From Podarcis tiliguerta (lineage: Eukaryota), in assembly GCA_965153285.1 (NCBI GenBank), contig OZ229110.1: a stretch of DNA of 64,000 nucleotides; one strand, 5' to 3'. This document shows positions 62,101 through 64,000 of this stretch, piece after piece. Every line of letters starts with the position of its first letter. Positions within the stretch are counted from its first letter, which is position 1. Both the position numbers and the translations under genes were made by a program. The notes beneath the pieces were generated by a model. It had not been told where the DNA came from. It saw only the letters and a list, made by a program, of their open reading frames with translations, and did no database searches.

Positions 62101-64000
62101 TGAACTAAAAGGTTACCTCTTTGAACAGATAGATAACATGCAATATCTCTAATAGGGGTGGTATTTACACCTCGCGCTTCCTCTATTATCTCTCCATTCC
62201 CTTCGCTTTTCAGGCGGCTTTCAGGATCAGGAAAACGGTGCCGCGCAATATGGCAGTTCTCCCACCGGCTCTGCATCCCGGGACTCCTGGGCTGCACATC
62301 CTGCGGCCGCCTCCTCTCTCCCCTCACCCTACATGCTTCCCTCTGCTGATGAGCTTGGCACAGATAATGAGTGTTATGCAGCAACAGCTGCAGACAGTTT
62401 CCCATCCGTCTATTTCTGGTGCAACGTATTATGTGTTTGTGGTGCCGAGCAATATATATATATCTCAAACTTCACATGCTTTAATCTAGAGGGGTCAGGA
62501 AATACGAGCAATGAAGGCTCTTATTGTGGAAGGCTGGAATGTGCTGGAATGTCGGCATTGTCAGGCAAGGGGCCCTAGGCAGTGGAAGGTAATGCTGACC
62601 TCACTGTCTCACACTTGGTTTTGCCTGCCTCCAGAGAATGCAGCAGAACAGCCTGTAACCCTTTTGTGCCCAAGCCCAGGCTGCTCAGGCTTCTCTTTCA
62701 GAATGTGTTCCCTCGCTCACTCTCTCTCTCCATTTGTTCTAAGTGGGCACAGAATTTTCAAACCATCCCTTCCAGGTTATGAGGAATGACACTTTTGCCC
62801 ATCATAGAACCAGATGGTGTTCCACATAGGAAAATTCCCTGGCACGCTAACTTGCTAACCTGTAAGAAATATTCCTCTCCTCCCCATCTCCCAATAAATA
62901 CCTGTCTGTTTCCACTAGAGAGGGTAACAAACAAGGAAGAGAATTTGTCTTAATTTCACAGCAGCGTTAAGAATTGTATGGAGTGGGAGGCATTTATCAT
63001 ACGCAACTGTGCCTGCCTGCAAACAGTGGATGTTTCATGTGCACTAAATAAAACATATCCCTGAGATTCTCCATGCAGGTTAACCTAAAGGAAAATTCGT
63101 TTTGAAAGGTCTTGTTTAATCAATAGTCTATGTTCTGCTGGTAGCAGAGAACGAGATGTAAAATAGGTTAAGATAAATCCTTCTGTTGCACCAATCTGTG
63201 GTTGCAGTAGAAATATACAAGCTTACACTGAACTCTTAATCAGCTTGATGAAGAGTTATGCAGAGCTTCAGCTACTGCATGCCCCTGTGTTGATAGAAGT
63301 TAGTTCAATAAATGAGATTACTTCGCCTATTTAAATGAGGGAATCTGTTCCATCTAACGAAAGAATTAAGAACAGGTCCATCCTGTTCCTACATTTTCTG
63401 ACATCTGTTCTCCAAACAGTGCCAGCCCTACCATTAGGCAAAGTAAATCAGCCACCTCAGGTGGTAGGTGCTGGAGGCACTGGTGACAGCCTCCGGCCTG
63501 TTCCTCCTAAGGGCCAGGGCATTCCCCTTTCCTTGAGAACAGAGCTGACCTGGACTTGCTAAACTAGCCTACTGCCTTCAGGGGTAGTGGAAGATGATGT
63601 TGTGAAGATTATTTGTAACCCGTCATTATTTATTTTTAGTTTATATCCTGCCTTTCCTCCAAGGAGCTCAATGTGGAATACCCGGCTCTGTTCCTCACAA
63701 CAATCCTGTGAGGGAGGTTAGGCTGTGACTGGCCCAAGGACACAACAATTTATTTATATCTGAAGAATTAACAGCAATTTAAAACAAATACAATCAAGAG
63801 ACTTTCTATCCCATCAACAGTGTTGAAGAAAGATTCGACTGGCAGCCCAGTTGGCTTCTGTATGAAGACTATGGCTGGGGTGCCATCTTGTCTGTGGTCA
63901 CAGGGAGCAAAATATATTGGACTGGCCCTCCCTCTAAGGCCAGAGGCAGCATGCCAGTTCCTGAGGAAGGGCAGAAGAAGAGGGTTACTGCCTTTGTGTG

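Noticed and set aside
1-64000. Remaining short ORFs in the six-frame track
   Set aside because: No recognisable domains; many derive from microsatellites (poly-N, poly-I, YI, HT, CV runs) or repeats. Small host exons cannot be excluded without RNA or homology data.

Overview
Vertebrate non-coding DNA, almost certainly from a squamate reptile and probably a lacertid-type lizard. The assignment rests on a full-length Sauria SINE, BovB/RTE pieces, squamate-style CR1/L2/L1 fragments and many hAT and Tc1/pogo MITEs. I could not identify any host protein-coding exon; the only recognisable protein sequences are retrotransposon ORF2 remnants. Main content: a 33-copy 46-bp minisatellite with higher-order structure; two related solo LTRs, each with its own 5-bp TSD; five tRNA-Ile(GAT)-headed SINEs and one 5S-rRNA-derived SINE that share a CR1 tail; a palindromic Penelope-like insertion carrying a minimal hammerhead ribozyme core, nested in a hAT MITE; several nested-insertion stacks with readable TSDs; and candidate regulatory DNA (a CpG-rich TATA/X-box promoter near 18 kb, several RFX X-boxes, a perfect T-MARE, a CpG island near 57 kb). 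Family names come from motif recognition, not database searches.
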